From Octopus sinensis (lineage: Eukaryota), in assembly GCF_006345805.1 (NCBI RefSeq), contig NC_043018.1:18290001-18354000 (forward strand): a stretch of 64,000 nucleotides of DNA. The letters run 5' to 3'. The notes below the pieces were generated by a model. It was not told the origin of the DNA. It saw only the letters and a list, made by a program, of their open reading frames with translations, and made no database searches. A program made the translations under genes and the position numbers. Shown here piece after piece: positions 40,895 to 54,890 of this stretch (the first letter of the stretch is position 1; each line of letters begins with the position of its first letter).

Positions 40895-41280
40895 AGAATC
40901 CCTCGTAGCATGAGGCATCTATGTGTAATAGTGCCCTATCCGATCGTGGCCGTTTTGCCAGCCTCATCTGGCACCTGTGTCGGTGGCACATAAAAACACC
41001 ATCCGAGCGTGGCCGTCTGCCAGCCTCGTCTGGCACCTGTGTCGGTGGCACATAAAAAACACCATCCGAGCGTGGCCGTTTGCCAGCCTCGTCTGGCACC
41101 TGTGTCGGTGGCACATAAAATCACCCACTACACTCTCGGAGTGGTTGGCGTTAGGAAGGGCATCCAGCTGTAGAAACACTGCCAGATCTGACTGGACTGG
41201 TGCAGCTTTCGGGCTCCCCAGACCCCAGTTGAACCGTCCAACCCATGCTAGCATGGAAAGCGGACGTTAAATGATGATGT
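40895..41280 (+). mobile_element. RTE-derived 3' end element with three ~51-bp units
   Basis: Same UTR and tail as 24690-25200. Confidence 0.85.
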
Positions 41281-41424
41281 TGATATATATATACACACAC
41301 ACACAAATATATATAATACACACACACACACAAAAATGTGTGAGTATGAGAATATAATGTATTTTATATTATATGTTCATTATTGTAAAAATGTGTGCGT
41401 GTGCATGTATACGTAAAAATGTAT

Positions 41425-41650
41425 TCAGTACACTAGTAATAATAATAGTAATAATAATAGTAATAATAATAGTATAATAATAGTAATAATATAGTAATAA
41501 TAATAGTAATAATAATAGTAAAATAGTAATAATAATAGTAATAATAATAGTATAATATAGTAATAATAATAGTAATAATTAGTAATAATAATAGTAAAAT
41601 AATAGTAATAATAATAGTAATAATAATAGTAATAATAATAGTAATAATAC
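41425..41650. repeat. (AATAATAATAGT)n minisatellite
   Basis: Direct. Confidence 0.9.
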
Positions 41651-42069
41651 GGTTAGTTTAAAAAAAAAAAACAGAAAAGAAACTGAAGGAATTATTTCTT
41701 AACTTATTTGTATAGAGTTAGAGAAATTCTTCAAATTTCCTAAGGAATTGAAATATAATGGTATAAAGAAAAAGAAAATAAGATTTATGTCATTACATTT
41801 TAAGAAATTGTTGTCTACTAAGTATTTGCAAATACCAGATAAGTTCTTAAATGTAATGATGTAATTTTATTCCATTATATTTGACTTCATTTCATTCCAT
41901 TAAATTTCTTTTCCTTTCATTAGCTTAAAAAATTTGAAAACTTCTCTACCTAGATATGAATAAAGAACAATAATTCCTCCACTTCTTGAGACTAATATCA
42001 TCATTATTATTACAAATATATTATTCTGCATACAATCAAAAGCATTTTATTCTTATGTATGTATGTGTG

Positions 42070-42101
<32 letters not shown>

Positions 42102-42509
42102 TGTGTGTGTTTTGCAGGTATGTATTTGGCAAGCAAGAGATCTGATCTTGAGTGTGTGTGAGTTGAAACTAAAATGATTAAAAAGTGGAAGACCATACGA
42201 TCCATTCAAAAACACAAAAAGATTTCTCTTCACTTAAACTGTGTCAGTGACCAGGCTGCAGTTGGTGTGAGGAAAAATTTGACACTAAACAAATACAGAA
42301 ATGAAGTTAAATCATTGTGTGTTTTTGAATGGTTAATGTGTGTCGTTCATGCTGTAATTGTGTGTGCATTGCATATGTGTCTATGTATGTGTATGTGTGT
42401 ATATATACATACATACACACACACATATACATTCAAGTTATGAGGTAACACAACAGAAGCAGTTTCATAAGGTAGACACTACCAATACTACATACTTAAC
42501 ACATATATG

Positions 42510-42730
42510 TATTTCTTTACTACCCACAAGGGGCTAAACACAGAGAGGACAAACGGATAAAGTAGATTATATCGACCCCAGTAATAAGTAACTGGTACTT
42601 ATTTAATCGACCCTGAAAGGATGAAAGGCAAAGTCGACCTCGGCGGAATTTGAACTCAGAACGTAACGGCAGACGAAATACGGCTACGCATTTCGCCTGG
42701 CATGCTAACGTTTTTGCCAGCTCGCCGCCT
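42510..42730 (-). mobile_element. SINE family B, full length
   Basis: Head ggcggcgagctggc at 42730 reading leftwards, plus one body unit. Confidence 0.85.
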
Positions 42731-42985
42731 TAATACATATATGTGTTGCTTAAATGACAAGCTGTGGTTTTCCACCTAGGAAAAGTCTCTTCAAAAATGC
42801 ATAGTGTTAAAAAAAAAAAAGACAATATACTTCAGATATTTGTGAAACGAAATTGCCCCTGAAGTGAACATGCGAGCAGCAGATACCCTATTTCACCATT
42901 GTTGCAGTTTATCAGTGCTGCATACTCGTGACACTTCCAAATTAAAATCAAAATTATTAATCAGAAATGCATAGTGTGTCAACCA

Positions 42986-43228
42986 TCAGGTCATCCCATA
43001 AGTTCTGTCCGAATTTTGAATAAAGAAAACAAGTGATCAAATGTTATGTTTAATTGAAATTTAATCCTCAATGTACTTTCCCTGATTATCTATGACTTAC
43101 TTCCATCTATTTACAAGCTTTTTAATCCCATCAATGTAAAACACTTTCGGTTTCAAAGCGAAGAAGTCTGAAATGTCAGTTTCAACTGGCTCCTGGCTTG
43201 CGAAAGTTATGTCCCCCAAATGATTCTA
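42986..43228 (-). mobile_element. mariner 3' end fragment
   Basis: Colinear with 45890-46130, including TIR tcaggtcatcccataagttctgtccg. Confidence 0.8.
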
Positions 43229-43589
43229 GGTTTTTATAGTCCAATATTTACATACTATTAATTATACCTTATCTACTTGAAGATACAACAATCCCGAAAA
43301 GAATTATTTCATCTTTCTTGCTGAGTTAAAATATTTAAGAAAAATTATATTTTGTCCTACTTGCTAAAATTCCATTTATTTATTTGTGCAGCTGAAGATG
43401 GCACTGCATTTAAATTGATGTAATGATTGCATTGTTCAATTAAATGGAGCCGCTTGAAATGGCTGTACTGCATTACTACTTGATACACTGTTACTTATTT
43501 TGAATTTTATTCACCCTACTTTGTTGTGTGCGGATAATACCGGACTGACTTGGTGCTTCAACTTAAGTGCCTAATTCAACTGAATCTCA

Positions 43590-43760
43590 ATTATTTTATA
43601 CATATATATATAACATTATACACTTTCATATATATATATATATATATATGCATAACATTATACACTTTCCTATATATATATATATATATATATATGCATA
43701 ACATTATACACTTTCCTATATATATATATATATATATATATGCATAACATTATACACTTT

Positions 43761-43803
<43 letters not shown>

Positions 43804-43849
43804 CATTATACGCTTTCCTATATATATATGTATAACATATGCACTTTCC

Positions 43850-43887
<38 letters not shown>

Positions 43888-43992
43888 ACATTATACACAA
43901 TGTCCTATATATATTATATATCTATGAAAATGATATATATATATAAAACATTATACATAATGTCATATATTTATATATATAACATTATACAC

Positions 43993-44032
<40 letters not shown>

Positions 44033-44345
44033 AACATTATACACAATATTATATATATATATATATGTGTAACATTATACACAATATCATATATATACAT
44101 ATCATCATCATCGTTTAATGTCCGCTTTCCATAACATATATATATATAACATTATACATAATGTTATATATATATATATGTAAACTTTATATGTATATAT
44201 AACATTATACATAATGTTGTATATAGATATATATATGTAAATTATATATGTATATATAACATTATACGTAATGTTGTATATAGATATATATATATGTAAA
44301 TTATATAGGTATATATAACATTATACATAATGTCCTATATAGATA
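43590..44345. repeat. VNTR: taacattatac(actttcc) + variable (TA)n
   Basis: Core taacattatac recurs more than 15 times with gradual divergence. Confidence 0.9.
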
Positions 44346-45084
44346 TATATAAGAAAATTTTATCTATATTGTAGTTATTGTCAATAATTTTTTAGTAAAA
44401 GTTTGATAGTAAAGATATATACATTTGTATACAAAATGAATAGAAATGAAATGAGTAGAATAAAAAGAAAAGATAGGAGGTTATACATGGAAGTATACTT
44501 GGAGCAAATCGTGAAACCATATTTTAGAAATTAAATTACATTAGGAGCATTTAAATCATAAATTTTAGTATTTAAAAGCTTTGCTTTGACCCAAAATATA
44601 ATGGGTTTATAAAGTTATAATTTAAAACAAAACCATTAATCTTACTAAAGACAAATGCTAACTTGGAGTAACACTCTTATGAAATCTGTTTTAAGTGTTG
44701 TAGAAACTGTGTATATATGGGGTAGGTGTGCAAATATATATCCATATATGAGTATGTTTTTTTTTTATACATATGTATTTGGGTACAAATATATGTGTGC
44801 ATTTTTATGAATGTGGAATTGGCTATATATGTACGGGCATTTTTCTTATTTTGACATGTATGTATATGAGTGCTTTTATGTATATATGTATGTATGTATA
44901 ATTAGATATGTGCGTTCGTTTAACTGTGTATTTTGATGTAAATAAGTGTGTCTATATATGTGTAATTTGATATACATGTATGTGTGTTTATGTGTATTGG
45001 GATGTATAAGTTCTTTGTATTTGGATACATACGTGAATTTGGATGTGTGTACATATATATTTGGATATGTGTATATACGTATAT

Positions 45085-45146
<62 letters not shown>

Positions 45147-45592
45147 ATGGTTTTGTGTGTTTGAATATGACTGTTCTATGTATGTATTTTGATGCATGTA
45201 TGCACATGTATTTGAAAATATTGGTGTGTTTATGTGAATGTGTGGGTTTATGTGAATATACCGAGGAAAGATCTGTTGGATAGCTTATTGCTCATTCGAC
45301 AATATATAAAATATATTTAGAAAAAAAAAAAACAACAACAACATAAACAGCAACAACAATATTTCCAATTGGAAACCAGTTTCTATGGGGTTGTTCATTG
45401 AATAATGTATATGATGTGTTTGTAATGGCCATCTTTGGAGAAGAACCTCTTCATATATATTTGTATAGGTATATGTATATAAATAGATGTATGTGTATAT
45501 GCATCTGTATATGTATATATATTTACTTCTGTGTGTGTGTATGTATGTGAATGTGTAGAATAGTTGACATTCAATCATTAATTACCGAATTC

Positions 45593-45710
45593 TTATGTAC
45601 AACCAACATTGAATCTTCGATCTCTGCAAGATAAGGTTTGAAATTTTGGTAAACAGATTATTCTGGCATTGTGCCATAGCAAAAAGTAGATTCTTCATAT
45701 GCATGTGTCA
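45593..45710 (-). pseudogene. CNG-family channel relic, repeat 3 S2 end
   Basis: [24 protein letters not shown] resembles DIYLNFRTAY.dE.G.LV.D.K; gtaat donor. Confidence 0.35.
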
Positions 45711-45743
45711 GTATGAACACACATCACTTATATCGTGTGTGTG

Positions 45744-45837
<94 letters not shown>

Positions 45838-45838
45838 T

Positions 45839-45889
<51 letters not shown>

Positions 45890-45893
<4 letters not shown>

Positions 45894-46345
45894 GTCATCC
45901 CATAAGTTCTGTCCGAATTTTGAATAAGGAAAACAAGTGATTAAATGTTATATTTAATTGAAATTTAATCATCAATGTTCTTTTGCCTGAATATCTAAGA
46001 CTTACTTCCATCTATTTACAAGCTTTTTAATCCCATCATTGTAAAACTCTTTTGGTTTCAAAGCGAAGAACTCTGAAATGTCAGTTTCGACCTCCTCCTG
46101 GCTTGCGAAAGTTATGTACCCCAAATGATTTTGTAAACTATGAAACAAATGGTAGTCTGAAGGAGCAAGGTCGGGGGAAAAAGGTGGATGAGGAATTTTT
46201 TCCCAACCAAGTTCTTTGACCTTCTGTGATGTGATCTTTGTGGTGTGGGGTCGCACATTGTCCTGATGAAACATCACTCCTTTTCAATTCACCAATGCAG
46301 GTCTTTTTTTCTTCAAAGCTTGGTTCAAACAAGACGGGATGCATT
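45890..46345 (-). mobile_element. mariner transposon 3' remnant
   Basis: LNQALKKKRPALVN*KGVMFHQDNVRPH...HPPFSPDLAPSDYHLF...GIKKLVNRWK; terminal TIR inside a (TA)n run. Confidence 0.9.
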
Positions 46346-46749
46346 ATAGGACATGGATATTGAAGTGAAGTGTGCAACCAACTACTGGGACCGATCTTTG
46401 GGTACATAGGCCATCAAATACGATGTGTGTGTGTATATATATATATACACACACACACATACATACATACACACAAATCCATCCTTCCATTACTAACAGA
46501 AGTACTCAATACCAAAGTAGAGTGGAATATTTAATTTACATTGAACAAGAGGTCTGTGATTCAGTAGTCCCCTACCAATGTGTCAGTTGGTCCAAAACAT
46601 AAAAGTACTCAATACAGGTGCTGACTTGGGCAAGTTTTGGCTTAGTTTTGGTTTTTATTCATGACTCAAATGGGGTTAAATTTTATCCAAGCCCAAGATT
46701 TACTTAGCGCTTTACTTATTGACAGGTTTTAATTTTATCCCATGTGTGT

Positions 46750-46935
46750 ATATATATTTATAACAATATATATATATATATATTTATTTAACTATATATA
46801 TTTATTTATAACTATGTATATATATTTATATAACTACATATATATATATATATTTATTTAACTATATATATTTATTTATAACTATGTATATATATTTATA
46901 TAACTATATATATTTATTTATAACTATGTATACAA
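46750..46935. repeat. AT-rich VNTR tatttatttataactat
   Basis: Direct. Confidence 0.85.
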
Positions 46936-47454
46936 GATAAGAAAATGGAGAAATACATCTAAATCAAATATCAATTACTAGATAATATAACTACATATAT
47001 ATATAACGATGATGATGATGATGATGATATGTATGTATACACACACACATATTTATAGCTATATACATACATCTATATTTATAACTATATATACACATAC
47101 TTCTACATTTATTTATAACTATATATACATACATACATACATAGATATATATACACATACACACACAAAAAATATAATTACATAAATATAATTATAGTAA
47201 GGGCACCAATGAATAGTACCAATGAATAGTACTGGATATAACATGCTAGAAATAGATGCCAAATGACTCTAACAACTACATTATTTACCACATTGGTAAA
47301 TAATGTAGTTTGGTGTCTATTTCTAGCATTTAGTGCTACTCATTAGTGACCTTACTATAATTATATTTAAAAAAATCATATATTATATTGCTACCTATAT
47401 GGTTTGACTGGAGGAGGAGGAGTTCCCATTCCTTCTGCCACTTCCTCCTGAGAG

Positions 47455-47950
47455 CCCTCTGGAGATATGCTGTGACTGCGAAGACCTGACAAATAAAGTG
47501 AGTCCACGGCGTATCCTACATCAGCTTCACATTACCAACCCCAGCCCATTTAAAGTACCTTGGATTGTAGGGCGACCTGCTGTGCTTGAGGAGACCTATT
47601 GAGTCAAGTACATCAAAATAAAAATCAAATGGAAATTGTACTTGTGAAACCTGTGCAGGTAGCACGTAAAAAACGCCATCCAAACGAGGCCGATGCCAGT
47701 GCCACCTTGACTGGCTTCTGTAGAAAGCACCAACTGATCGTGGCTGTTCCCAGCCTCCTCTGGCCTCTGTGCTGGTGGCAAGTAAAAAGCATCCACTACA
47801 CTCACGGAGTGGTTGGCGTTAGGAAGGGCATCCAGCTGTAGAAACACTGCAAGATCAGACTGGAGCCTATGCAGCCTCCTGGCTTCCCAGACCCCGGTCG
47901 AACCATCCAACCCATCCTAGCATGGAAAACGGACGTTAAACGATGATGAT
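47455..47950 (+). mobile_element. RTE-derived 3' end element
   Basis: WRYAV end of ORF, then 3' UTR and (GAT)n tail. Confidence 0.8.
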
Positions 47951-48017
47951 GGTTTATTACACAGTGGCTACTCGATAAAATATGATATAGATTTTATCCT
48001 TAATTATAAAGATATAT

Positions 48018-48052
<35 letters not shown>

Positions 48053-48139
48053 GCATGCGTGTGTATGTATTTGTGATGGCTATTATTGGGGAGTAATATG
48101 TGGAATCCCCAAAGTTTCAAAATATCTTGCAGCATTTGC

Positions 48140-48640
48140 TGTGGTTTCATAATCTAACTTTGGCCTCTGGGTATTCTACCCAAGAATTTGGACCCAGACT
48201 TGAAATTCAGTTAACCACTTGTCAATTTTACAGTTACGTGTAACAAAGAACTGATTGACATCTTTTGATATCCTCTTTACATCTTAGTGGACTGAGCTAA
48301 AAATTTTCTTCACCAAAGACACAGCACACTCTGTAGTGAATGATTTCCAGCTTCTCCTGTGGATCTGCAGCTCTCAACTAGATTCAGCTACAGATCATAA
48401 TGTTGCTTTCTATTGGTAATTGTTTATCATAAGATATAATGTTCTGGATATAATATCAAGCATCAAATATAATAACTGCATATGTACGTTGGTATATGGA
48501 GTTATCTAACGAGTAACTAAACTATCAATCTATCATTCTAGCTAATTAGCTATGTAGCCAGACAGGAGACCTTAAAGATATTCATACATTAAGCTTCCTA
48601 CTTAGACGACTAGAAAAGGGCTGCTGAGAGATATAAATCT
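48140..48640 (-). pseudogene. CNG-family channel relic, repeat 2 C-linker + CNBD
   Basis: LRAADPQEKLEIIHYRVCCVFGEENF*LSPLRCKEDIK is in register with CNG [33 protein letters not shown] (48179-48150) matches the CNG hinge TEYPDAKTML; QPFSSRLSRKLNV lies upstream. Confidence 0.6.
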
Positions 48641-48687
48641 CAAAGCTAATTATTTATAAATATATACATACACAAATGCACAATTTT

Positions 48688-49082
48688 ATGGCTGTGTGGT
48701 AAGTAGCTTGCTAACAAACCACATGGTTCCGGGTTCAGTCCCACTGCGTGGCATCTTGGGCAAGTGTCTTCTACTATAGCCCCGGGCCGACCAATGCCTT
48801 GTGAGTGGATTTGGTAGACGGAAACTGAAAGAAGCCTGTCGTATATATGTATATATATATATATGTGTGTGTTTGTGTGTCTGTGTTTGTCCCCCCAACA
48901 TCGCTTGACAACCGATGCTGGTGTGTTTACGTCCCCGTCACTTAGCGGTTCGGCAAAAGAGACCGATAGAATAAGTACTGGGCTTACAAAAGAATAAGTC
49001 CCGGGGTCGAATTGCTCGACTAAAAGGCGGTGCTCCAGCATGGCCGCAGTCAAATGACTGAAACAAGTAAAAGACTAAAAGA
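48688..49082 (+). mobile_element. SINE family A, full length
   Basis: Colinear with 2297-2745. Confidence 0.9.
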
Positions 49083-49859
49083 GCATATGCACACACACAC
49101 ATTTATGTGCGTATTTTTTCCTAATGTTGCATAATTCATCACTATGCACCTTTGTAAAATGCACTTTTGCACCAAGTTTTTCCTTCTAACAAGAGAACTT
49201 TTACTCATAAATTAAAAAAAGTTGACTGCTTTATGGAGAGGAAAAATTCAAACTTCTTTATGAGGAATGTGGACAAAAAAAGCGGTGCTAGAGGGAAGTA
49301 GGACTTTGGTTTATGAACTCACATTAAAAAATAAAAATGTTAGAGATGAGAGAGAGAGAAAGTTTGATCCATAGAACGTGCAGTTATTATTTATTAGAAA
49401 ACTCCCACCTTCACACCTCTTTTCATTTTTCGTTTTTGTTTTGTGAAAGATAACCCTAACCTGTTGAATTTGAATGGTTTGTATCTCTTTATCTAAACTT
49501 GAAATCTATTTGAAGCAAGCAGAGATAAGATTTGATGGATGTGCATCTTCATCTTACGAGAATGACACAAGGAATAAATAGGAAAAAAACAAACAAACAA
49601 GCCTCAGCTATATTACTAGATGAGTATAAAAGTGATGAGTGCGTGATGACTGCTCTGATGATGTTGGCAAATGAAGTTAGGTGACAAAGTGCACTAAGCA
49701 GGTCGCACAAGACACTAAAAGGAACTGCTTTCATATTTATTAACCTAGTTCCGTTTCCACAGTAGTTGAGGTTGCTTTTTATTTGATAATGCCTCTTGTC
49801 TATTTCAGTGTCTGTATGTGCATGTGTGTGTGTTTATACACACATACATACATGCATAC

Positions 49860-49982
49860 ATATAAGGTGGGTGCGTGCATGTATAATATATAATATACAA
49901 TTATGTGTGTGTGTGTGTATATAGATATATATATATATATACACACATATATATTCATATATATATATATATACATACACAT

Positions 49983-50015
<33 letters not shown>

Positions 50016-50056
50016 CACACATATATATTCATATATATATATATATACATACACAT

Positions 50057-50091
<35 letters not shown>

Positions 50092-50145
50092 CATATATAT
50101 TCATATATAAATATAAATATGTGTATATATATATACATACACACA

Positions 50146-50186
<41 letters not shown>

Positions 50187-50200
50187 GTGTGTATGTGTTT
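49860..50200. repeat. (TA/CA) compound microsatellite
   Basis: Direct. Confidence 0.85.
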
Positions 50201-51075
50201 GTGTGTTTGTCCCCCTAGCATTGCTTGACAACTGATGCTGGTGTGTTTACGTCCCTGTCACTTAGCGGTTCGGCAAAAGAGACCGATAGAATAAGTACTG
50301 GGCTTACAAAGAATAAGTCCCGGGGTCGATTTGGTCGACTAAAGGCGGTGCTCCAGCATGGCCGCAGTCAAATGACTGAAACAAGTAAAAGAGTAAAAGA
50401 GTATACATACATACACACATACATACATATATATATAATGGTTATCATTATTTAACATCTGTGTTCCATACTGGCATGGATTGGATGGTTTGACATGATC
50501 TGATATGTTCAAGGGTTGCATCAAGCTTCAATATCTGTTTTGATAGGGTTTTTACACTTGGATGCCCTTCCTAACACCTACTGCTTTACAGCATGGACTC
50601 TGTGCGTGCGTAAGAGTATAGAGGAATGAGAAAAAGTTCCAGCCAGTCAAGACATTGAAATTAGTAATGTGTTGCCAATGTGTAGGCACAGGAGTGGCTG
50701 TGTGGTAAGTAGTTTGCTTACCAACCACATGGTTCCAGGTCCCACTGTATGGCACCTTGGGCAAGTGTCTTCTACTATCGCCTCAGACCGACTAAAACCT
50801 GTGAGTGGATTTGGTAGACAGAAACTGAAAGAAGCCTGTTGTATATATATATATGTGTGTGTGTCTGTGTGTATACATATATATATTTACATGTGTGTAT
50901 GTGTCTGTGTTTGTCCCCACAACATCACTTGACAACTGATGCTGGTGTGTTTACGTCCCCGTAACTTAGTTCAGCAAAAGAGACCGATAGAATAAGTCCT
51001 GGGGTCGATTTGTTTGACTAAAGGCGGTGCTCCAGCATGGCCACAGTCAAATGACTGAAACGAGTAAAAGAGTAA
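50185..51075 (+). mobile_element. Two SINE family A copies (50185-50402 3' half; 50686-51075) with an RTE-tail fragment (-) between
   Basis: Family motifs as above. Confidence 0.8.
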
Positions 51076-51254
51076 TGCTGTTACTATTACCATGGCTGAT
51101 GCACTCAGCCATCAAACTGCTCAGATGAGAAGAGACAGCTTGCATCAAATAACTTTGTTTCACTCAGCAGACAGACCTTGCATCAGCTTAACAGTGAGAG
51201 TGACCAGTTGCTCATCAACTAGTAAAGCTAAGCTTAATTCCTTCAACTGTGAAG

Positions 51255-51640
51255 GCACATGGCTCAGTGGTTAGAGTGTCGAGCTTACGATCGTGAGGTT
51301 GTGAGCTCGAATCCCGGTCCGGGCTGCGTGTTGTGTTCTTGAGCAAAGCACTTTATTTCACGTTGCTCCAGTTCACTCAGCTGTAGAAATGAGTTGCGAC
51401 GTCACAGGTGCCAAGCTGTATCGACCTTTGTCTTTCCCTTGATAACCGATGCTGGTGTGTTTACGTCCCTGTCACTTAGTGGTTCGGCAAAAGAGACTGA
51501 TAGAATGGTGGCGTGGAGAGGGGAGGCTGGTATGCATGGGCGACTGCTGGTCTTCCATAAACAACCTTGCCCGGACTTGTGTCTAGGAGGGTAACTTTCT
51601 AGGTGCAATCCCATGGTCATTCATGACCGAAGGGGGTCTT
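51255..51640 (+). mobile_element. SINE family D plus composite SINE fragments
   Basis: tRNA-like head ggcacatggctcagtggttagagtgtcg; family A segment at 51445-51505. Confidence 0.7.
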
Positions 51641-51649
51641 TAATTTCTT

Positions 51650-51934
51650 CAACTGCAAACATAACTCATGACAGACCTCCAGTGGAGCAAGTTATTTCTT
51701 ATCTAGTCAATGGCATAAAATCATGGATAAATTCCAGGACTGTTTCAAGAATTCTTTACAAAGAACTCTTGGATTCTTTACATGCAACTTTTTTTTCATC
51801 GTTTTTGAATTAATCCCAAGTTGCAGCTGAATGATTGATAAGTGTCTGATTCCCGGCTAAAGTGTTTATAGTTCATATCCTGTCAGTAAAACGGCAATCT
51901 ATTTTTCACAGGATGTCGGAGACAAATATCCTGG
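51650..51934 (-). pseudogene. CNG-family channel relic, CNBD hinge / repeat 2 S1-S3
   Basis: Phase-compatible with the 52094 donor: QDICLRHPVKNRLPFY*, then LSIIQLQLG...HVKNPRVLCKEFLKQSW resembling DI.lqfRTGY...V.DP..I...YLK.W; LAPLEV follows. Confidence 0.45.
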
Positions 51935-52093
51935 CTAACAAGGAAACAAGTCTTGACCAAACATAATGGCTGGAATAAAATACTTTGCTTCTCTTTTAAC
52001 TATAAAAGGAAACGGCTAACTTCTCTGATGCCATTCCTTACAAATGTTCTGTGTGTCTAAATATAGATTATTTGTAGTTCTTTAGTTCTTTAC

Positions 52094-52254
52094 CATTTGG
52101 TCAATGTAATCAATGATACATCAGTTCTTGCTTTTGATAGAAGATTAGAACTTTGGAAGGGCAACAGAGTTCTTAGGTTGACCTCTCGGCAGAAGAAACC
52201 CATCAACAGAACAGGATATTTTGGAGGATATTCAGCTTTGGCATTGTAAACTTC
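52094..52254 (-). pseudogene. CNG-family channel relic, repeat 1 CNBD exon (open frame)
   Basis: ttttag|EVYNAKAEYPPKYPVLLMGFFCREVNLRTLLPFQSSNLLSKARTDVSLITLTK tg|gtaaag; ends resemble CNBD beta1-2 and beta6-8, middle strands missing. Confidence 0.55.
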
Positions 52255-52519
52255 CTAAAATTACTGACCATCAGTAAATTTGCTGGAAAGTGAGTGAGTG
52301 TGAGCTGGATGATCAGGCAAACTGTCAGCATGGTATAGTAAGCTGGAGAATATTTGGAGGAGACTAAATGATAAATTACATTACTTACTACTAAACCCCA
52401 TTTTAACTTTCATTTAGAGAATGGTAAAATGATTATGTCTCTATGTATTTTCATGCTTAAAATTAGAAATGATCAATATTGATATTATCATCAACTCCTT
52501 CATTATTTATTTTGCTTAC

Positions 52520-52714
52520 GGCCAAATATTGGTGAAATGAAGCCGATAACTGTAAGGTTTCCATTTTAGCAAATTTGGAGGAGCGAAAAGCAAGGTCAAC
52601 CTCAGATTTGAGCAGAATTTTCACTGTTAACCATATATCTTGTTTACTCAGAGGAACCTGTTTTACTATGGTCCCATCTCTCATACTCTTATCCCCACAT
52701 CTCCTCAAGTAAAG
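52520..52714 (-). pseudogene. CNG-family channel relic, repeat 1 C-linker exon (open frame)
   Basis: 65 codons, phase 0/0, gtaagc donor; LKSEVDLAFRSSKFAKMETLQ is in register with CNG [21 protein letters not shown]. Confidence 0.55.
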
Positions 52715-52894
52715 CTGCTCCTTTGGGCTTTGTAAATCTTGCATGCTGCACGGCAATCTCACTAATGCTGGTGGCATGGAAAAAGCACTCAGCAAACTCT
52801 GTAAAGTGATTGGCATGAAAGGAAGGGCATCCAGCTGTAGAAGTCATGCTAAAGCAGACACTGGAGTATGTGGTCCTTGGGTCCATCAGAATCT

Positions 52895-53108
52895 TATTTC
52901 TTTATTGCCCACAAGGGGCTAAACATAGAGGGAACAAACAAGGACAGACAAACGGATTAAGTCGATTATATCGACCCCAGTGCCTAACTGGTACTAATTT
53001 AATTGACCCCGAAAGGATGAAAGGCAAAGTCGACCTTGGCGGAATTTGAACTCAGAACGTAACAGCAGACGAAATACATTTCGCCCGGCGTGCTAACGTT
53101 TCTGCCAC
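52895..53108 (-). mobile_element. SINE family B
   Basis: Body and partial head. Confidence 0.8.
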
Positions 53109-53216
53109 GAAACCATCCAATCCATGGCAGCATGGAGCATAGACATTAAATGATGATGATGAGGAGGGGGCGGTTGCATGATGAAACTGTATATTCTCAG
53201 TGCAACATTTTCTCAC

Positions 53217-53312
53217 TTCTTGCTGTTTCACTTGATCACATCTTCAAGACTTCAAAACATAATAAACATCACAACTTCCCTTCAAATCAATTCTCAGAAT
53301 CAGTCCCTTTTT
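53217..53312 (-). pseudogene. CNG-family channel relic, repeat 1 proximal C-linker exon
   Basis: ctctttag|KKGLILRIDLKGSCDVYYVLKS*RCDQVKQQE|gtgaga; 32 codons, phase 0/0, one TGA. Confidence 0.45.
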
Positions 53313-54289
53313 CTAAAGAGAAGTGGAAAATATATTCTGTAGCACATTCTTTTGTGGGTTGTATCATCTTAAGGCATGGATACACTGGGCTGTTAACCAG
53401 AGGTGGGGGTCATGTGTCTAGGGGCCTTAGCTAATCTATATGTTGCAGCTTTCTGACAAATACTTAAAGGCCCCAGTGCATCGCTTTACCCAGGGGTCTG
53501 TAATGCTGCTAAAACAACCCTTGCTTGTGGAATCATTAATCAAAGGTTTTGACCTTTTGTAGCGTAAATACTAAAAAAAAAAAGTAGAGGGCATGGTAAA
53601 TGGAATTCTTTTAATGCTACAGTTTGTCTGGAGGGATATTTTTAACCCTTTACAGAAATAAACTTGCAACTATAATGCCAAGAGAAGAAAATTCTATTCT
53701 AATGTTTTAGATAAAGTATTTGGCTAGACATTGAAGGGCCTTACGTCAGATTAAGTTTCTCGATTATTGACCACTTGTTCATATATTCAAACATTAAGTC
53801 TAAGCATCAAACATTTATCTCAGCTTCCTTTCAGTTCACCCGACTGACAACAACAACAACAACACAAATTGGAGATTCCATTCCTACTCAATGATTGAGT
53901 TACTATTGATAGACTGTTTGTCGGACTTTTGGTTAAGATCAAAGTGGAATCACTATTGATAGAAACGGCATCCAGCTATGAAGCAATTGCTGTAACAAAA
54001 CTGAAACCCATCATGTTGAGAAATAAAAGACATAATTATATAAACTAATTAACAGAAATTCTAAACATTACACATATTTCAAATTTTGTTTTACCCAAAA
54101 TACTTTTGAATACTGAGTACCATGAGTTTCTTTGATATTAATTGATAAGCCTTAATATTGTTTGAATAACTCCATTTAACCCTGCTGTTAACATTTGTTA
54201 TACTGAAAGCACTGGCAATATACAATCAATGCCTCTTAATTGAATCCTTAATTACTTTTCTAAGTAGGGCTGGCTTTTAGTTGAATATC

Positions 54290-54745
54290 ATCATCATCGT
54301 TTAACGTCCGCTTTCCATGCTAGCATGGGTTGGATGTGTGAGTGAGGGCTGGCGAACCAGATGGCTGCACAGCACCAGGCTCCAATTTTGATCTGGAAGA
54401 GTTTCTACAGCTAGATGCCCTTCCTAATGCCAACCACTCCGAGAGTGTAGTGGGTGCTTTTACATGCCACCGGCACAAGGCCTGTCAGGCAGCACTGGCA
54501 ACGACCTCACTCGAATGTTTTACATATGCCACCGGAGCGGGTGCCAGTAAGGCAATGCTGGTAACGATCATGCTCGAATGGTGTTTTTTACGTGCCACCA
54601 GCAAGGAGGCCAAAAAGCTGCTCTGGCAACAATCACGCTCGGATGGTGCTCTTAATACCCTACTAGCACAGGGCTCGAGTGCCAGTAGTGTGACGCTGGT
54701 AACAATCACGCTTGAATGGTGCCTTTTAAGTGCCACTGGTACGGA
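54290..54745 (-). mobile_element. RTE-derived 3' end element
   Basis: Reverse complement of the (GAT)n tail and UTR with tandem units. Confidence 0.8.
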
Positions 54746-54890
54746 AGCCGGTTAGCCGCTCTCAGAAGCAATATTATTTTGGAGAATCCCACCCTGTCCA
54801 TGAAGGACATGTACAATGTAGGGGTGAAAGGTTGGCATTGCTGACTGTTCTCTTAATATATTATATTAGATCAAACAGTTTGGTACTCAC

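Noticed and set aside
48170-48470. L2/CR1 reverse-transcriptase-like peptides on the plus strand (KNLDPDL..PLVNL)
   Set aside because: The minus strand gives a better, in-register CNBD match (FGE, EYPEAK) colinear with other segments.
49549-49734. Hydrophobic 61-aa ORF as S4/S5 of channel repeat 2
   Set aside because: Position fits but the motif match is too weak to call.
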